From NCBI GenBank assembly GCA_020056965.1, contig JAGVGT010000032.1, forward strand, positions 174 through 64,173: DNA of 64,000 nt, given 5' to 3'. How positions within the stretch are numbered: position 1 is the stretch's first letter; every line of letters begins with the position of its first letter. The notes beneath the pieces were generated by a model, which saw only the letters and a list, made by a program, of their open reading frames with translations, made no database searches and had not been told where the DNA came from. The position numbers and the translations under genes were made by a program. This document shows, piece after piece, positions 19,898 to 29,315 of this stretch. The DNA comes from Deltaproteobacteria bacterium. Lineage in GTDB: Bacteria; Desulfobacterota; Desulfobulbia; Desulfobulbales; JAGXFP01.

Positions 19898-20968
19898 TCA
19901 ATCGTCCTCGAGATCTTTCTTGGCAGACTTTATGAACTTGCCAAAGTCCTTGTCTTTCTTGCGTTTCTCAACATATGACATCTGATTGAACTCGGACTCT
20001 TTCCGCAACTTGAGAAAGTTTTCATAATGGCTGGCATCAATTTCACCGGCCGCCACCGCCTTCCGAACGGCGCAGCCAGGCTCATTGGTGTGCAGGCAGT
20101 CGCTGAACCGACACTGGGATGCGAGCCCTACGATGTCCGAATAGCTCTCGTCAATTCCACCCTCCGCACCGAGCACGGCAAATTCCCGCATGCCTGGGTT
20201 GTCTATGACCATCGCCCCGTTTTCCAGGATCATGAGCTCCCGGCGCACGGTCGTATGCCGCCCCTCGCCAGTGCTGCTGACCGCCTTGGTTTCATGCACA
20301 TCATGACCCACAAGGCTGTTGATGATGGTGCTCTTTCCGACCCCTGACGAACCGACAAAACAATAGGTTTTACCTGGGGCCAGAACGCCTTTCAGGTCGG
20401 CGATCCCTTCTCTCGTGACATTGCTCAACGTGAAAACGGGGGCGGTTATACCTGCTGCTAAGATTTCCGCCAGCTGGGCCGCCAGCTCTTCAGAGCTAAC
20501 CAGGTCGGTCTTGGTCAGGAGAATATATGGCATTGCTCCACCTTCCCGCACCATTACCAAATACCGTTCCAGTCTTTTCAGGTTGAAATCGTAGTGGCAG
20601 GACTGCACGATGATTACGAAATCGACATTAGCCGCAATCATCTGGTACTTGACTGTTTCGCCAACCGCCTTGCGACGCAAGTGGGTCTTTCGCTTCAGAA
20701 TTCCGTGGACCTGCCCGAATTGATCAGCCTCGGACTTGACTACACAGACCCAGTCGCCAACGCCCGGCAACTCCGCTGAAGATACAGACTCATACAAGTA
20801 CTTCCCCGAGAGCTTTGCCCGGAAAGGGCCAATTTCATTGAGAAGCAGCACCTGGTCGCGGTCCACTGCCGCTACCCGCGCGACCGAGGCCGTCGAGTCG
20901 CAACAATACCCGGCTTGTTCTTCAAACCAGCTATCCCAGCCCAAGGCGTCAAGATTCGATTGCTTCAT
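19898..20968 (-). CDS. rsgA: ribosome small subunit-dependent GTPase A
   Basis: circularly permuted TKTD, GSSGVGKS, GRHTT, DNPG; CRFSDCLHTNEPGC zinc finger. Confidence 0.93.
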   Translation of the reverse strand: MKQSNLDALGWDSWFEEQAGYCCDSTASVARVAAVDRDQVLLLNEIGPFRAKLSGKYLYESVSSAELPGVGDWVCVVKSEADQFGQVHGILKRKTHLRRKAVGETVKYQMIAANVDFVIIVQSCHYDFNLKRLERYLVMVREGGAMPYILLTKTDLVSSEELAAQLAEILAAGITAPVFTLSNVTREGIADLKGVLAPGKTYCFVGSSGVGKSTIINSLVGHDVHETKAVSSTGEGRHTTVRRELMILENGAMVIDNPGMREFAVLGAEGGIDESYSDIVGLASQCRFSDCLHTNEPGCAVRKAVAAGEIDASHYENFLKLRKESEFNQMSYVEKRKKDKDFGKFIKSAKKDLEDD

Positions 20969-21082
20969 ACGTAATGATCGTCAATTTAATGTACAGGGTC
21001 AGAACCGGGGTCAGGCTCGCAAGAGTACTTATATTCTTACAAGCGTCTCTTTGTTTCACACTGTCACCGATGATCCCCTAAA

Positions 21083-23140
21083 TCACACTTTTTTAAGCAC
21101 CAGAACTTCTTCGCCGAGCATATCGATAATCTTCACTGCCACCGTCGTCATGCCGGTCGGGGCGGGAAGGGTGTAAGCTCCTTCGATCAGGTCGTTTTTC
21201 TTTTCTGGAACATCCGAGAGGACCACGTTAAAGACGGCGCCGTCGTAGGCCGTGTCGATCATTATGCAATCAACCTGGCTGCGCCAGTCGGTGATCTTTG
21301 CTTTAAAGAGGGGTAGGGCAATGTCAAGGCGCTTGAGGATGGTTGGGCTGATGAAATCCTCAATCTTGACCGCGATTTTGTCACCGATCCGCGTGATGGC
21401 AACCTTGGCTGTGGCTGGTTCGTGCTTGATGAAGTTGCCGTATTTGGCGTCGGTGCGCAGTTCGATGACTTCGATTTTGTTGACGGTCTCCTTCCCCTTG
21501 CGCATCCGGTTCCAGTCATCGACCCAAGTTCGGGCGGCCAGCTCAATGCCCAGGCAGACGAAAACGATGGTGTTTTCCAACTCGGGCCGCGCTTCCAGTT
21601 CGCGCTTGAGTTCTTCCAAGTCTAGGGGAGAGAGAGGGTGCTCGAAGGGGACGATCTTGACCAGCTTCTTGCCGAGTTTGCCGTCAAAGAAGCTATCGGA
21701 TGCCAGTCGTTCAACGCCGACATGTTCACAGGCGAGTTTGATCGCCTCATTGCGCTGGATATTCAGGTCGTAGTCGTTGACCCGCCATACGCCGAAGGAA
21801 AGTTGGGCTGGCAACGGCGAAGCGTCCCCATCGCATTCTATACCAGGAAGCCGCATGGGTAATTTCTGAAGCGCTACAGCCTGTTCATCCACGATCTTTT
21901 TCAGACGCTTCGCAGTGGCCTGGGTTGCGCCTTTATTAATGTCGCAACCGATCCAGCGGCGCCCAAGTTTCTGGGCTACTGCGACAGTGGTACCAGAACC
22001 TGTAAAGCAGTCTAGGACTAGATCGCTAGGATTTGAAAAAGCTTGAACAATTCTCGCTAGCAACGCCCACGGTTTTTGGGTCGGATAGTCACTACCACCT
22101 TTCATCCGACCACACTCAGTCCAGATTGTCTGTAAGACCTGTCCCTCTCGCTCGTCTAAAAAACTAACCCGACACCGCGCAGCGCCTTGGTTTTGATCTC
22201 GTAGATAAAAATCACCGTTAATTAAAGCTCTTTCCATGCCTTCGAGATCATATGGCCAGACTCTCTTATTAGAGGGCTTAGCCCCTCGCCATTCAAATCG
22301 CCGGGAAGGATCGTTTCCTTTCCAAGTACAGTCATCTAATTTGAATCTACGACCTTTCCCGTCAAGTTCTTTAGAATAAGATTGGATCGAACCATTTATT
22401 AGCTTGATAAGGCTATATTCTTTCAAGGCAGCAGGAGATAATGGCTCAACAACTTCTTCCCAATTATATGTAAAATTTTCACCCTTGCGGTACCACATGA
22501 TTACATCATGAACCCAACCCAATTTACTTTTCGCATCGTTATGCGGATCTGTTCGTTGCCAAATAATCTCGTTTTGTAAATTTTCAGCACCAAACACTTC
22601 GTCAAGCATACAACGAAGGACATGACTCCTGTGCCAATCGCAATGAAGCAATATAGAACCATCTTTATGAAGAAGTTCTTTTAGGAGAATTAATCTTTCG
22701 TACATAAATTGAAGATAGTTATCATTTGCCCAGATATCAGAATACTGAATCTGCTCCCCGAGGACATAGGATTCTCCATCGATAGTTTTTGAACCTTCTA
22801 CTCCGCGCAATTGAACCTTGCGAACATAATCCGCGCCAGAATCGAAAGGCGGGTCTATATAGATTAACTTGACCATGCCGCGAAAACCATTGGCCAGCAG
22901 GTGCCCCAGCACCTCTTTATTATCACCGTGGAAGAGCAGCCCGCCGTGGGGATAGTCGGTAGGCCAATCTTTCCAGCCCTCTGGGGTTTTCGCATCCTCG
23001 GGTTTCTTTTCCTCGGCCGCAAACGTCTCCACATGCTGGGCCGGGAAAGCCGTCACGCTGCGCAACGGGCGTTTACCAACCCAACTCAGCATCGGCCGCC
23101 CTTTGGCGGCGCCGATCTTGATCTCTTTCTTCTCGCTCAT
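21083..23140 (-). CDS. type III-like DNA amino-methyltransferase (Mod)
   Basis: GDN, IYIDPPF, YPTQKP, DCFTGSGTT (beta-class order); TAATG coupling with res. Confidence 0.9.
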   Translation of the reverse strand: MSEKKEIKIGAAKGRPMLSWVGKRPLRSVTAFPAQHVETFAAEEKKPEDAKTPEGWKDWPTDYPHGGLLFHGDNKEVLGHLLANGFRGMVKLIYIDPPFDSGADYVRKVQLRGVEGSKTIDGESYVLGEQIQYSDIWANDNYLQFMYERLILLKELLHKDGSILLHCDWHRSHVLRCMLDEVFGAENLQNEIIWQRTDPHNDAKSKLGWVHDVIMWYRKGENFTYNWEEVVEPLSPAALKEYSLIKLINGSIQSYSKELDGKGRRFKLDDCTWKGNDPSRRFEWRGAKPSNKRVWPYDLEGMERALINGDFYLRDQNQGAARCRVSFLDEREGQVLQTIWTECGRMKGGSDYPTQKPWALLARIVQAFSNPSDLVLDCFTGSGTTVAVAQKLGRRWIGCDINKGATQATAKRLKKIVDEQAVALQKLPMRLPGIECDGDASPLPAQLSFGVWRVNDYDLNIQRNEAIKLACEHVGVERLASDSFFDGKLGKKLVKIVPFEHPLSPLDLEELKRELEARPELENTIVFVCLGIELAARTWVDDWNRMRKGKETVNKIEVIELRTDAKYGNFIKHEPATAKVAITRIGDKIAVKIEDFISPTILKRLDIALPLFKAKITDWRSQVDCIMIDTAYDGAVFNVVLSDVPEKKNDLIEGAYTLPAPTGMTTVAVKIIDMLGEEVLVLKKV

Positions 23141-25800
23141 TAATGCCCCTCAGTCACAAAAGCTTTAGCTCTGGCTATTTCATCGTTCGGCAGCGCGTCG
23201 TCAGCAAAAATAATCTGATACTTCAAACGCTCGGGATTCAGATCAACCCAGCGGGTCATCGCCATGGCCTTGCGCGCTTCGTTGCTTACCGCCTTTCCGC
23301 TCACTAGTTCGCTATTGATTGTTGTTTCCCACTGCGCATTTTTGATCTCCACGATCAGACACTTACCCGGCTTTCCCCCTTTTCCCTTCAAACGAATAAT
23401 GAAGTCGGGGAAGTAGTTGCGCCAATGGCCCTTGTCGTCCTTGTACTCCACAAAGAAATCGGTCTTCCCGGTGTCGGTGAGTCCGCCGGTGAAGTAGATA
23501 TCTTCAACCTCATCGGGGTGTACCTCGATATGTGGAAGCAGTTGATCGGCAAAGAAGCTCTTTTCTGGGTTCGAGTCGAAGTTGTAAGGGTCGTAATGAT
23601 GGCCGAAGGCAGAGCCCTGCCAGGGAACTACAAGCTTTCCTCTGTCTTTAGGCACACGGATTTCGGCTGTATATATAACTTCGCCCTCCGATGACTCCTC
23701 GCGGACGAAGCCTTCCGGCTTGATCAATGCCAGCGCCTTCTCAACCTTGGTTTCCTTAACTTCGTAGGCACAGAACTGCAGCTCGATCTGCCGGGAAAGT
23801 TCTGCAACGTGGGCTAGGGGCACGTCGCCGGTTTCACCATAGAGGCGCTTCAACTCAGCGTATAACGTCCACAAATCCAGGCGATACCATTCAGACAGTT
23901 TGACGGCTACCGTATAGACATCCTCGCTGTCTTGCTCGGAATTGATCGTTATACTTTCTCCGATTTGCTGCAACACTGCTGCAGTCGCCAGTTGCTTAGT
24001 GATAACGAAACGCTCCACGGTCATATCTTGCCCCTTGGATGCGGTCGGCTTGTCTAGCCGCAAGGGCGATACACTTACCGTCTCTACACGGGTTACAGTA
24101 CGCAAAGTTTGTTGAATAATCAGCGGCGGCGGTTTGATCTTGCGCACACGCAGGGTAAAGGTCAGTGTCTCGCCACCGGCATGGCCGAGGTCGTCAAGGG
24201 TCTCGCCGTAAGTCTCCTGTAACTGCTTGTCGAGGACGGCGCGGTTGTCCATGGAGAGATAGATGCGGGCCTTGTGGTTATTGCCGGGGATCTCCCGCAA
24301 GCAACGGGTCGCCGCCTGCAAGACGAAGTTGTTGGAATTTTTCAGCTTGCGCGCCAGGGCACAGGCAAAGAGGCTGGGGCAGTTCCACCCTTCCGTGCCC
24401 TTATTCACCAACAGAATGACCCGGTGCAGGCTGCGTGGATCATTAAGGCGGTTAAAGGCCTCTATCTCCTCTTTGCCGGATGCTGAGGTGTTGCGTAAGA
24501 CGATGGCCGGCGATTGATCGGACAAGATCAAGGCTGCTTCGATGGCTGGGCGTAATTCTTCAAGATCGTCGGTTTGTGGGAAGTAGATGGCCAGCTTGGC
24601 CGGAGCACCATTGGGCAGTGTAACTTGACCGTACTCGGTAAAAAAATCCCTGACCACTTCGGCGATAAACTTGTCCGCACTCTCAGCGTTAAAACTGTAG
24701 GCCAAAATATTTCCCGAGACATCTTTAAGGATGCGATCTTTGATTCCTTCGGAAAGGCCGTACCAGGTGACGACGTCTTTAAGCGGTTGTTTCTGGTAGT
24801 AGGGAGTGCCGGTGGTGTTGACGACACAGATCAAATTGGGGCTGTAGTGGTGCAGGTAATCGACGGTTTTACGGACTTTCTTCAATTCTTCACCCATGGC
24901 CTGGCCGTAGGTGTGGTGGGCTTCGTCGGAAAAGACCGCCAGATGCGGCAAGCTGGCAATGGTCTGCAAGCGCAGGTTGGCATCCTCGGAGAGCTGTTTC
25001 TCCTTCTCCTCCAGCTGCAACTGAGTCCATGTTTTGCTTACACGAACGTTCGGCTTTTGGATCCTGATTTTTTCGGTATTGGTGACGATGATGTTGAAGG
25101 AAGAACGCCTGATGACCGGAATATCCTTGGCGCCGTCCGGAGTAAAAGTAAGTTTTACCGTGGCGGCAAACCCTTTGAAAAAGCGGGGAGGAAGGATTTT
25201 GTCAAAAGGGATTTCCGTCAATTCACGCAACGATTCGATAATGGTCTTACCGGGGGCAAAGACCAAGGCGTTTTCGACAAAGGCGTCTTGCAGATCGTCG
25301 CCGGTGGTCGGATATTCCAACGCCATGGCAAATTCGGTGGCGATAATCGCCCCCACCAAAATCGTCTTTCCTGCCCCCATGGCTAAGGCAAGGATGTAGC
25401 TGGGGTATTCAAGGGTCAGAGTTTCACGTAGGGCTTCGAGCTTGAAATCCTTAACGAACTGATCGTCGGTCTTGATGCGTTCCAGTAGCGGCTCAACTTC
25501 GTAATCGGCCTCTTCAAAGGCTTTTTGCGGGATGCCCAAGGCCTTGATCAAATCAGCCTTTTTCTGGTAGTTGGCCTTATAGAGGTCGTAGATGTGTGGA
25601 GTTTTCTCGACCAGCCGCAGATACCAGTATACCTCAAGTGCTCGGAGCTGTGGGGGGCGGAGAAAGCGCAGGTTTTTACCAGTTTCGTCGGCGAGTTGAA
25701 ATTGCAGAATTTCGCTAATAGCTGGAAAATGCTCACACGGGTAGCCGGACTCTCGCCACAAGCGAACTTTCTCGGCCAGTAATTTGTAGAGGTGTGTCAT
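23140..25800 (-). CDS. type III-like restriction helicase-nuclease (Res)
   Basis: MGAGKT, DEAHH, EGWN, LQAATRCLR, C-terminal PDFII...VEIK nuclease motif. Confidence 0.88.
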   Translation of the reverse strand: MTHLYKLLAEKVRLWRESGYPCEHFPAISEILQFQLADETGKNLRFLRPPQLRALEVYWYLRLVEKTPHIYDLYKANYQKKADLIKALGIPQKAFEEADYEVEPLLERIKTDDQFVKDFKLEALRETLTLEYPSYILALAMGAGKTILVGAIIATEFAMALEYPTTGDDLQDAFVENALVFAPGKTIIESLRELTEIPFDKILPPRFFKGFAATVKLTFTPDGAKDIPVIRRSSFNIIVTNTEKIRIQKPNVRVSKTWTQLQLEEKEKQLSEDANLRLQTIASLPHLAVFSDEAHHTYGQAMGEELKKVRKTVDYLHHYSPNLICVVNTTGTPYYQKQPLKDVVTWYGLSEGIKDRILKDVSGNILAYSFNAESADKFIAEVVRDFFTEYGQVTLPNGAPAKLAIYFPQTDDLEELRPAIEAALILSDQSPAIVLRNTSASGKEEIEAFNRLNDPRSLHRVILLVNKGTEGWNCPSLFACALARKLKNSNNFVLQAATRCLREIPGNNHKARIYLSMDNRAVLDKQLQETYGETLDDLGHAGGETLTFTLRVRKIKPPPLIIQQTLRTVTRVETVSVSPLRLDKPTASKGQDMTVERFVITKQLATAAVLQQIGESITINSEQDSEDVYTVAVKLSEWYRLDLWTLYAELKRLYGETGDVPLAHVAELSRQIELQFCAYEVKETKVEKALALIKPEGFVREESSEGEVIYTAEIRVPKDRGKLVVPWQGSAFGHHYDPYNFDSNPEKSFFADQLLPHIEVHPDEVEDIYFTGGLTDTGKTDFFVEYKDDKGHWRNYFPDFIIRLKGKGGKPGKCLIVEIKNAQWETTINSELVSGKAVSNEARKAMAMTRWVDLNPERLKYQIIFADDALPNDEIARAKAFVTEGH

Positions 25801-26043
25801 AGATTAGATGCCTTAACGTGAAATTTCACGATATCCGTTCTGTGAAGATGCTGGGTAACGAACCAGAAGTCTTAATCCAAGAACCCTGGTTTTATTCGCC
25901 TTGGGATGAACTGTCAATCCGATACAGCCTGGAGCCGGAACTCGGCCCGGATTGATTTGGTTTTGCCGGATACGCAGCGTAATGTGATGGATGCTCGGTT
26001 TTGACTGACATACGGCCAAGAGATGGCATTTGACTTCGCGGGT

Positions 26044-26098
26044 TTGATTTATTGCCAAGACCTAAATAATGACTTAAAATCAGGTCTAAATAAATCAA
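26044..26098. promoter_or_regulatory. nested inverted repeats, probable toxin-antitoxin auto-repression operator
   Basis: ttgatttatt / aataaatcaa enclosing agacct / aggtct, just upstream of the antitoxin RBS. Confidence 0.55.
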
Positions 26099-26110
26099 GG
26101 AGTACGCCCC

Positions 26111-26356
26111 ATGCAAACTATCCATGCGACCGCCACCATCAGTATCAGCGAGCTGAAGAAGAATCCTTCCGACATCATCACCCGCGCCCATGGAGAGCCG
26201 GTCGCCATCCTCAACCATAATCGCCCGACGGCCTATCTTGTCCCGGCAGCTACCTATGAAAGCATGATGGAACAGCTTGATGACCAGTATCTCGTCCAGC
26301 TGGTCAAAGATCGTCAAAAGGAACGCAGCGTCAGGGTGACCCTTAATGATCTATGA
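26111..26356 (+). CDS. Phd/YefM (StbD-like) antitoxin
   Basis: SISELKKNP, PVAILNHNRPTAY. Confidence 0.92.
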   Translation: MQTIHATATISISELKKNPSDIITRAHGEPVAILNHNRPTAYLVPAATYESMMEQLDDQYLVQLVKDRQKERSVRVTLNDL

Positions 26357-26630
26357 CCTTGAGTTCAAGGAATCTGCCCTCAAGGAATGGCGTAAACTGG
26401 ATAGCAGTATAAGAGAGCAATTCAAAAAACGTCTTTCTGAACGTCTTTCCGCCCCACGTGTGGAATCTGCCCGGCTGTCGGGATTGCCGGATTGCTATAA
26501 GATCAAACTGCGTGATGCCGGGTATCGTCTGGTCTACCAGGTTTGTGACGGCCTGTTGTTGGTTGTGGTCATTGCCGTGGGCAAGCGGGAGAACAATCTG
26601 GTCTATCGCAACGTCAAGAAGCGCATCTGA
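26346..26630 (+). CDS. RelE/StbE family toxin
   Basis: YDLEF..ALKEWRKLD, YKIKLR..GYRLVY, VGKRE; overlaps the antitoxin. Confidence 0.93.
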   Translation: MIYDLEFKESALKEWRKLDSSIREQFKKRLSERLSAPRVESARLSGLPDCYKIKLRDAGYRLVYQVCDGLLLVVVIAVGKRENNLVYRNVKKRI

Positions 26631-26745
26631 TCCTGTCCCTGTCTCGCCGCCGATTATACCAATGCACTGAATTATTGCTTTTTCAACAGGCTGTTCTACT
26701 TACTGGTCTATAGCAATAGCAAAATTTCATTGCGGGAGGAGAATT

Positions 26746-26988
26746 ATGAAGATCGAAATTGGTTCGTATGAAGCGAAAACCAAGCTCCCTGAATTGCTGC
26801 GGCAGGTGAAGTCCGGCAAAAGCTTTACCATTACCAATCGTGGAAAAGCCATTGCGGATTTGGTGCCCAGCCTGGGCGTGCGGGTGAAAGACAAGGTCGC
26901 GGCTGCTGAAAAACTCAAGGCCTTCATGTTGGCCGAGCCGGTGCGCGGTGTGGACATCAAGGCCCTCATCGAGGAGGGGCGCGCATGA
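26746..26988 (+). CDS. Phd/YefM family antitoxin
   Basis: IGSYEAKTKLPELL, ITNRGKAIADLVP; GGAGGAG RBS. Confidence 0.9.
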   Translation: MKIEIGSYEAKTKLPELLRQVKSGKSFTITNRGKAIADLVPSLGVRVKDKVAAAEKLKAFMLAEPVRGVDIKALIEEGRA

Positions 26989-27023
26989 GTTTCGTCCTCG
27001 ATAACTCGGTGACCATGCAGTGG
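26985..27023 (+). pseudogene. 5' remnant of a VapC/PIN toxin
   Basis: ATGA-coupled start encoding MSFVLDNSVTMQW; then runs into the opposite gene and stops at 27068. Confidence 0.75.
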
Positions 27024-27034
27024 ACTGGAAAAAC

Positions 27035-27739
27035 TCAAGCCTGCCGGTCCCGGCCCTGCTCGACGTAGAGCTTCCAGAGCGGGGTGATGCGCCTGATCCG
27101 GTCCAAGGTCAGGACCTCCCAGACGATGGCCGGAGGCTGCCCCCCTTCCCGGCTTAGCGGCTCATCTCCCTCGGCGGTCAACAAAACATCACAACCGACA
27201 TCCCAGGGATCAACCGGCAGATTGGTGATCAGCCGGGCCGGATCGGCCAGCGCCATGGCCACCCGGTAGCCCTCGGCCAGACCACCCAGTTCGGCCAGCA
27301 GGGCCACCGAGAGATCGAAGAAACCCTTGCCCTCGCCCAGAAAGAAGCCGCGCCGGTCTAAAGCCCAGGCCTCGCCGATCAGCAGGGATATCTCCAGACC
27401 TTTAATTTCTTCGCGCGAGCCCAAACGCTTGCCGAAATCGGCCAGATCGCGACCGTTGACCGCCTTGGCCAGTTGCGGGAACTTGATCTTGTAGGGATCG
27501 AGCCGGTAGAAGCCGTCCTTCATGCCGGGGCCGGGCATGACCAGCACCTTGCCGTCGACCAGGGCGTTGAGCCGGGCCTGTTTGAGCAGCGGCGAAGGGT
27601 CGATGAAGAGCTGCTTGGCCTCCCGGTAGCCGTCGAGGCGGCGCAACCGCTCGGCCAGGCGGCCGGCCAACTCCAGGCTCAGACCCGCATCGGGGCGGTC
27701 GTGGAGTTCACGCAACTGCTCTTTAGTGAAATTGGTCAT
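27035..27739 (-). CDS. 5-formyltetrahydrofolate cyclo-ligase-like protein
   Basis: GFFLGEGKGFFD, PWDVGCDVLLT; divergent. Confidence 0.65.
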   Translation of the reverse strand: MTNFTKEQLRELHDRPDAGLSLELAGRLAERLRRLDGYREAKQLFIDPSPLLKQARLNALVDGKVLVMPGPGMKDGFYRLDPYKIKFPQLAKAVNGRDLADFGKRLGSREEIKGLEISLLIGEAWALDRRGFFLGEGKGFFDLSVALLAELGGLAEGYRVAMALADPARLITNLPVDPWDVGCDVLLTAEGDEPLSREGGQPPAIVWEVLTLDRIRRITPLWKLYVEQGRDRQA

Positions 27740-27847
27740 CGGCGGCTCACCAGGGGATTATGAAAAAAGTCGCGGGCCGCAACCGGCGACAACCGGCAGC
27801 GGCCCGCAAGAGAAAGCGGAGTATGATGGCAACGGCAGGGGCTGAAA

Positions 27848-28891
27848 TCAGCCGCCATCCGCCACCTGGGGCACGGAGGCCCTGGCGGTCCGGGTGGACT
27901 GTTCCCGGTCATTCTTGGCCATGGCGCTGAAGCCGTAGCCGACCAGGTTCTTGATGTCCTTCCACATGGTGACGCTGCCCATGATGGCCAGAACCAACTC
28001 ATCGTCACCGCGCTTGAACTTGCCGACGTAGGTCTGCCGGGCGGCGTTGGTGAAGCCGGTCTTGCCGCCTTCGGCCCCGGTGATCTGCCAGAGGGCGCGA
28101 TTGTGGTTCTTAAGGACCTGGCCGAAATCGGTCCGGGCCGTATTCTGCTTGACCCGGCTGGCGAACTCGTCGTTCTCCATGGCCCGGTTGAAGAGGATCG
28201 CCAGGTCGCGCGCCGTGGTCTGCTGACCGGGGGCGGTAAGGCCGCTGGCCGTCTTGCAGACGGTGTTGGTCGCCCCCCAGGCCTTGGCCTTCTGGGTCAT
28301 CAGCCGGGCGAAGAGCGGTTCCGAACCGGCGATCTTCTCGGCCAGGGCGACACTGGCGTCATTGGCGGAGGCCAGCAGCACCGCGTTGATCAGATCATTG
28401 GCGCGGTAGTTGCTGCCGGGCTTCAGATAGACCTTGGAACGCGGCATGCTGGCGGCGCGGCGACTGACCGGCACCATCTCCGGATCGTTGAGGGACTGGA
28501 TGGCGATCAGGCCGGTAATGACCTTGAGAGTGCTGGCCGGCTGGCGGGGCAGATCGGGGCTCTTCTGGTAAAGGACCTCGCCGGTTTTGGCATCCATGAG
28601 GATGGCGGTACGGGAGGTGAGCTTCCGGCGCATCTGCGCATCGGCGAGGTCATCCTTGCGATCCTGCGCGAGGGCGGGCTTGCGATAGGACCGGTCCGCT
28701 GCGGAGACAGCCGCCACCGGCAGTTCCTCGACCTTCTTGAGATCACCAAACTGAACCGGAGCAAACTTGTGGATGGTATCGAGCCGGACGGGGCGATGCT
28801 TGACGCCCCGCGCATCGGCCGGGGCCGCCAAAAAAACCAGGCTGGACAAGGTCAGGGCCAGCAGCAGGAGGTTTGCGGTAGGTTTTCTCAT
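27848..28891 (-). CDS. D-Ala-D-Ala carboxypeptidase/endopeptidase (S11)
   Basis: PASTLK, SAND, GKTGFT; signal peptide. Confidence 0.9.
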   Translation of the reverse strand: MRKPTANLLLLALTLSSLVFLAAPADARGVKHRPVRLDTIHKFAPVQFGDLKKVEELPVAAVSAADRSYRKPALAQDRKDDLADAQMRRKLTSRTAILMDAKTGEVLYQKSPDLPRQPASTLKVITGLIAIQSLNDPEMVPVSRRAASMPRSKVYLKPGSNYRANDLINAVLLASANDASVALAEKIAGSEPLFARLMTQKAKAWGATNTVCKTASGLTAPGQQTTARDLAILFNRAMENDEFASRVKQNTARTDFGQVLKNHNRALWQITGAEGGKTGFTNAARQTYVGKFKRGDDELVLAIMGSVTMWKDIKNLVGYGFSAMAKNDREQSTRTARASVPQVADGG

Positions 28892-29315
28892 CGCAGAATC
28901 GATTCCGATTATATTCACAGCAATAGTGCCGCGCTTACTAAGACATAAGGGTAAATCAGCAAATTTCCCGTTCGGACCGCCTGATCTTTACACTTGGCCT
29001 GCCCCGAGAGATCTCTAAAACTTAGCCGACCCCGACGAAAAAGCAAGAATTTTTTCGTGAATATATCTATATCTGACTGAAATCAATACTAATTCATCAA
29101 CTTTCTTCCGCCGGGACCGCTTTACCCAGCCGACTTCACCACCAAAGCGCGATAAAACACTTTCATCTCAAGATCAACTCATCTCTCTATTATTGTAAGA
29201 CCTGTTTCAGGAAATACCCGCCTTCACTCTAAATAAACATCAATCGGCGTCAATTTCCAGCATAGCAATCAAGCAGATCACCGAGCATGGCCCGACGCGC
29301 CACTGGTTGACCGCT

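Noticed and set aside
20994..21020. Tandem GGGTCAG motifs resembling RAYT-associated repeats
   Set aside because: Two short copies with no palindromic partner or transposase; too weak to call.
22900..23140. Phase-variable simple repeats in mod
   Set aside because: No SSR tract visible in the 5' region.
25800..25900. Possible integron attC site before res
   Set aside because: GTTAAGG does not fit GTTRRRY, no paired L/R boxes were found, and there is no integrase.
29040..29290. AT-rich gap with several ATCAA pentamers
   Set aside because: Irregular spacing and no full IHF consensus; consistent with an ordinary promoter region.
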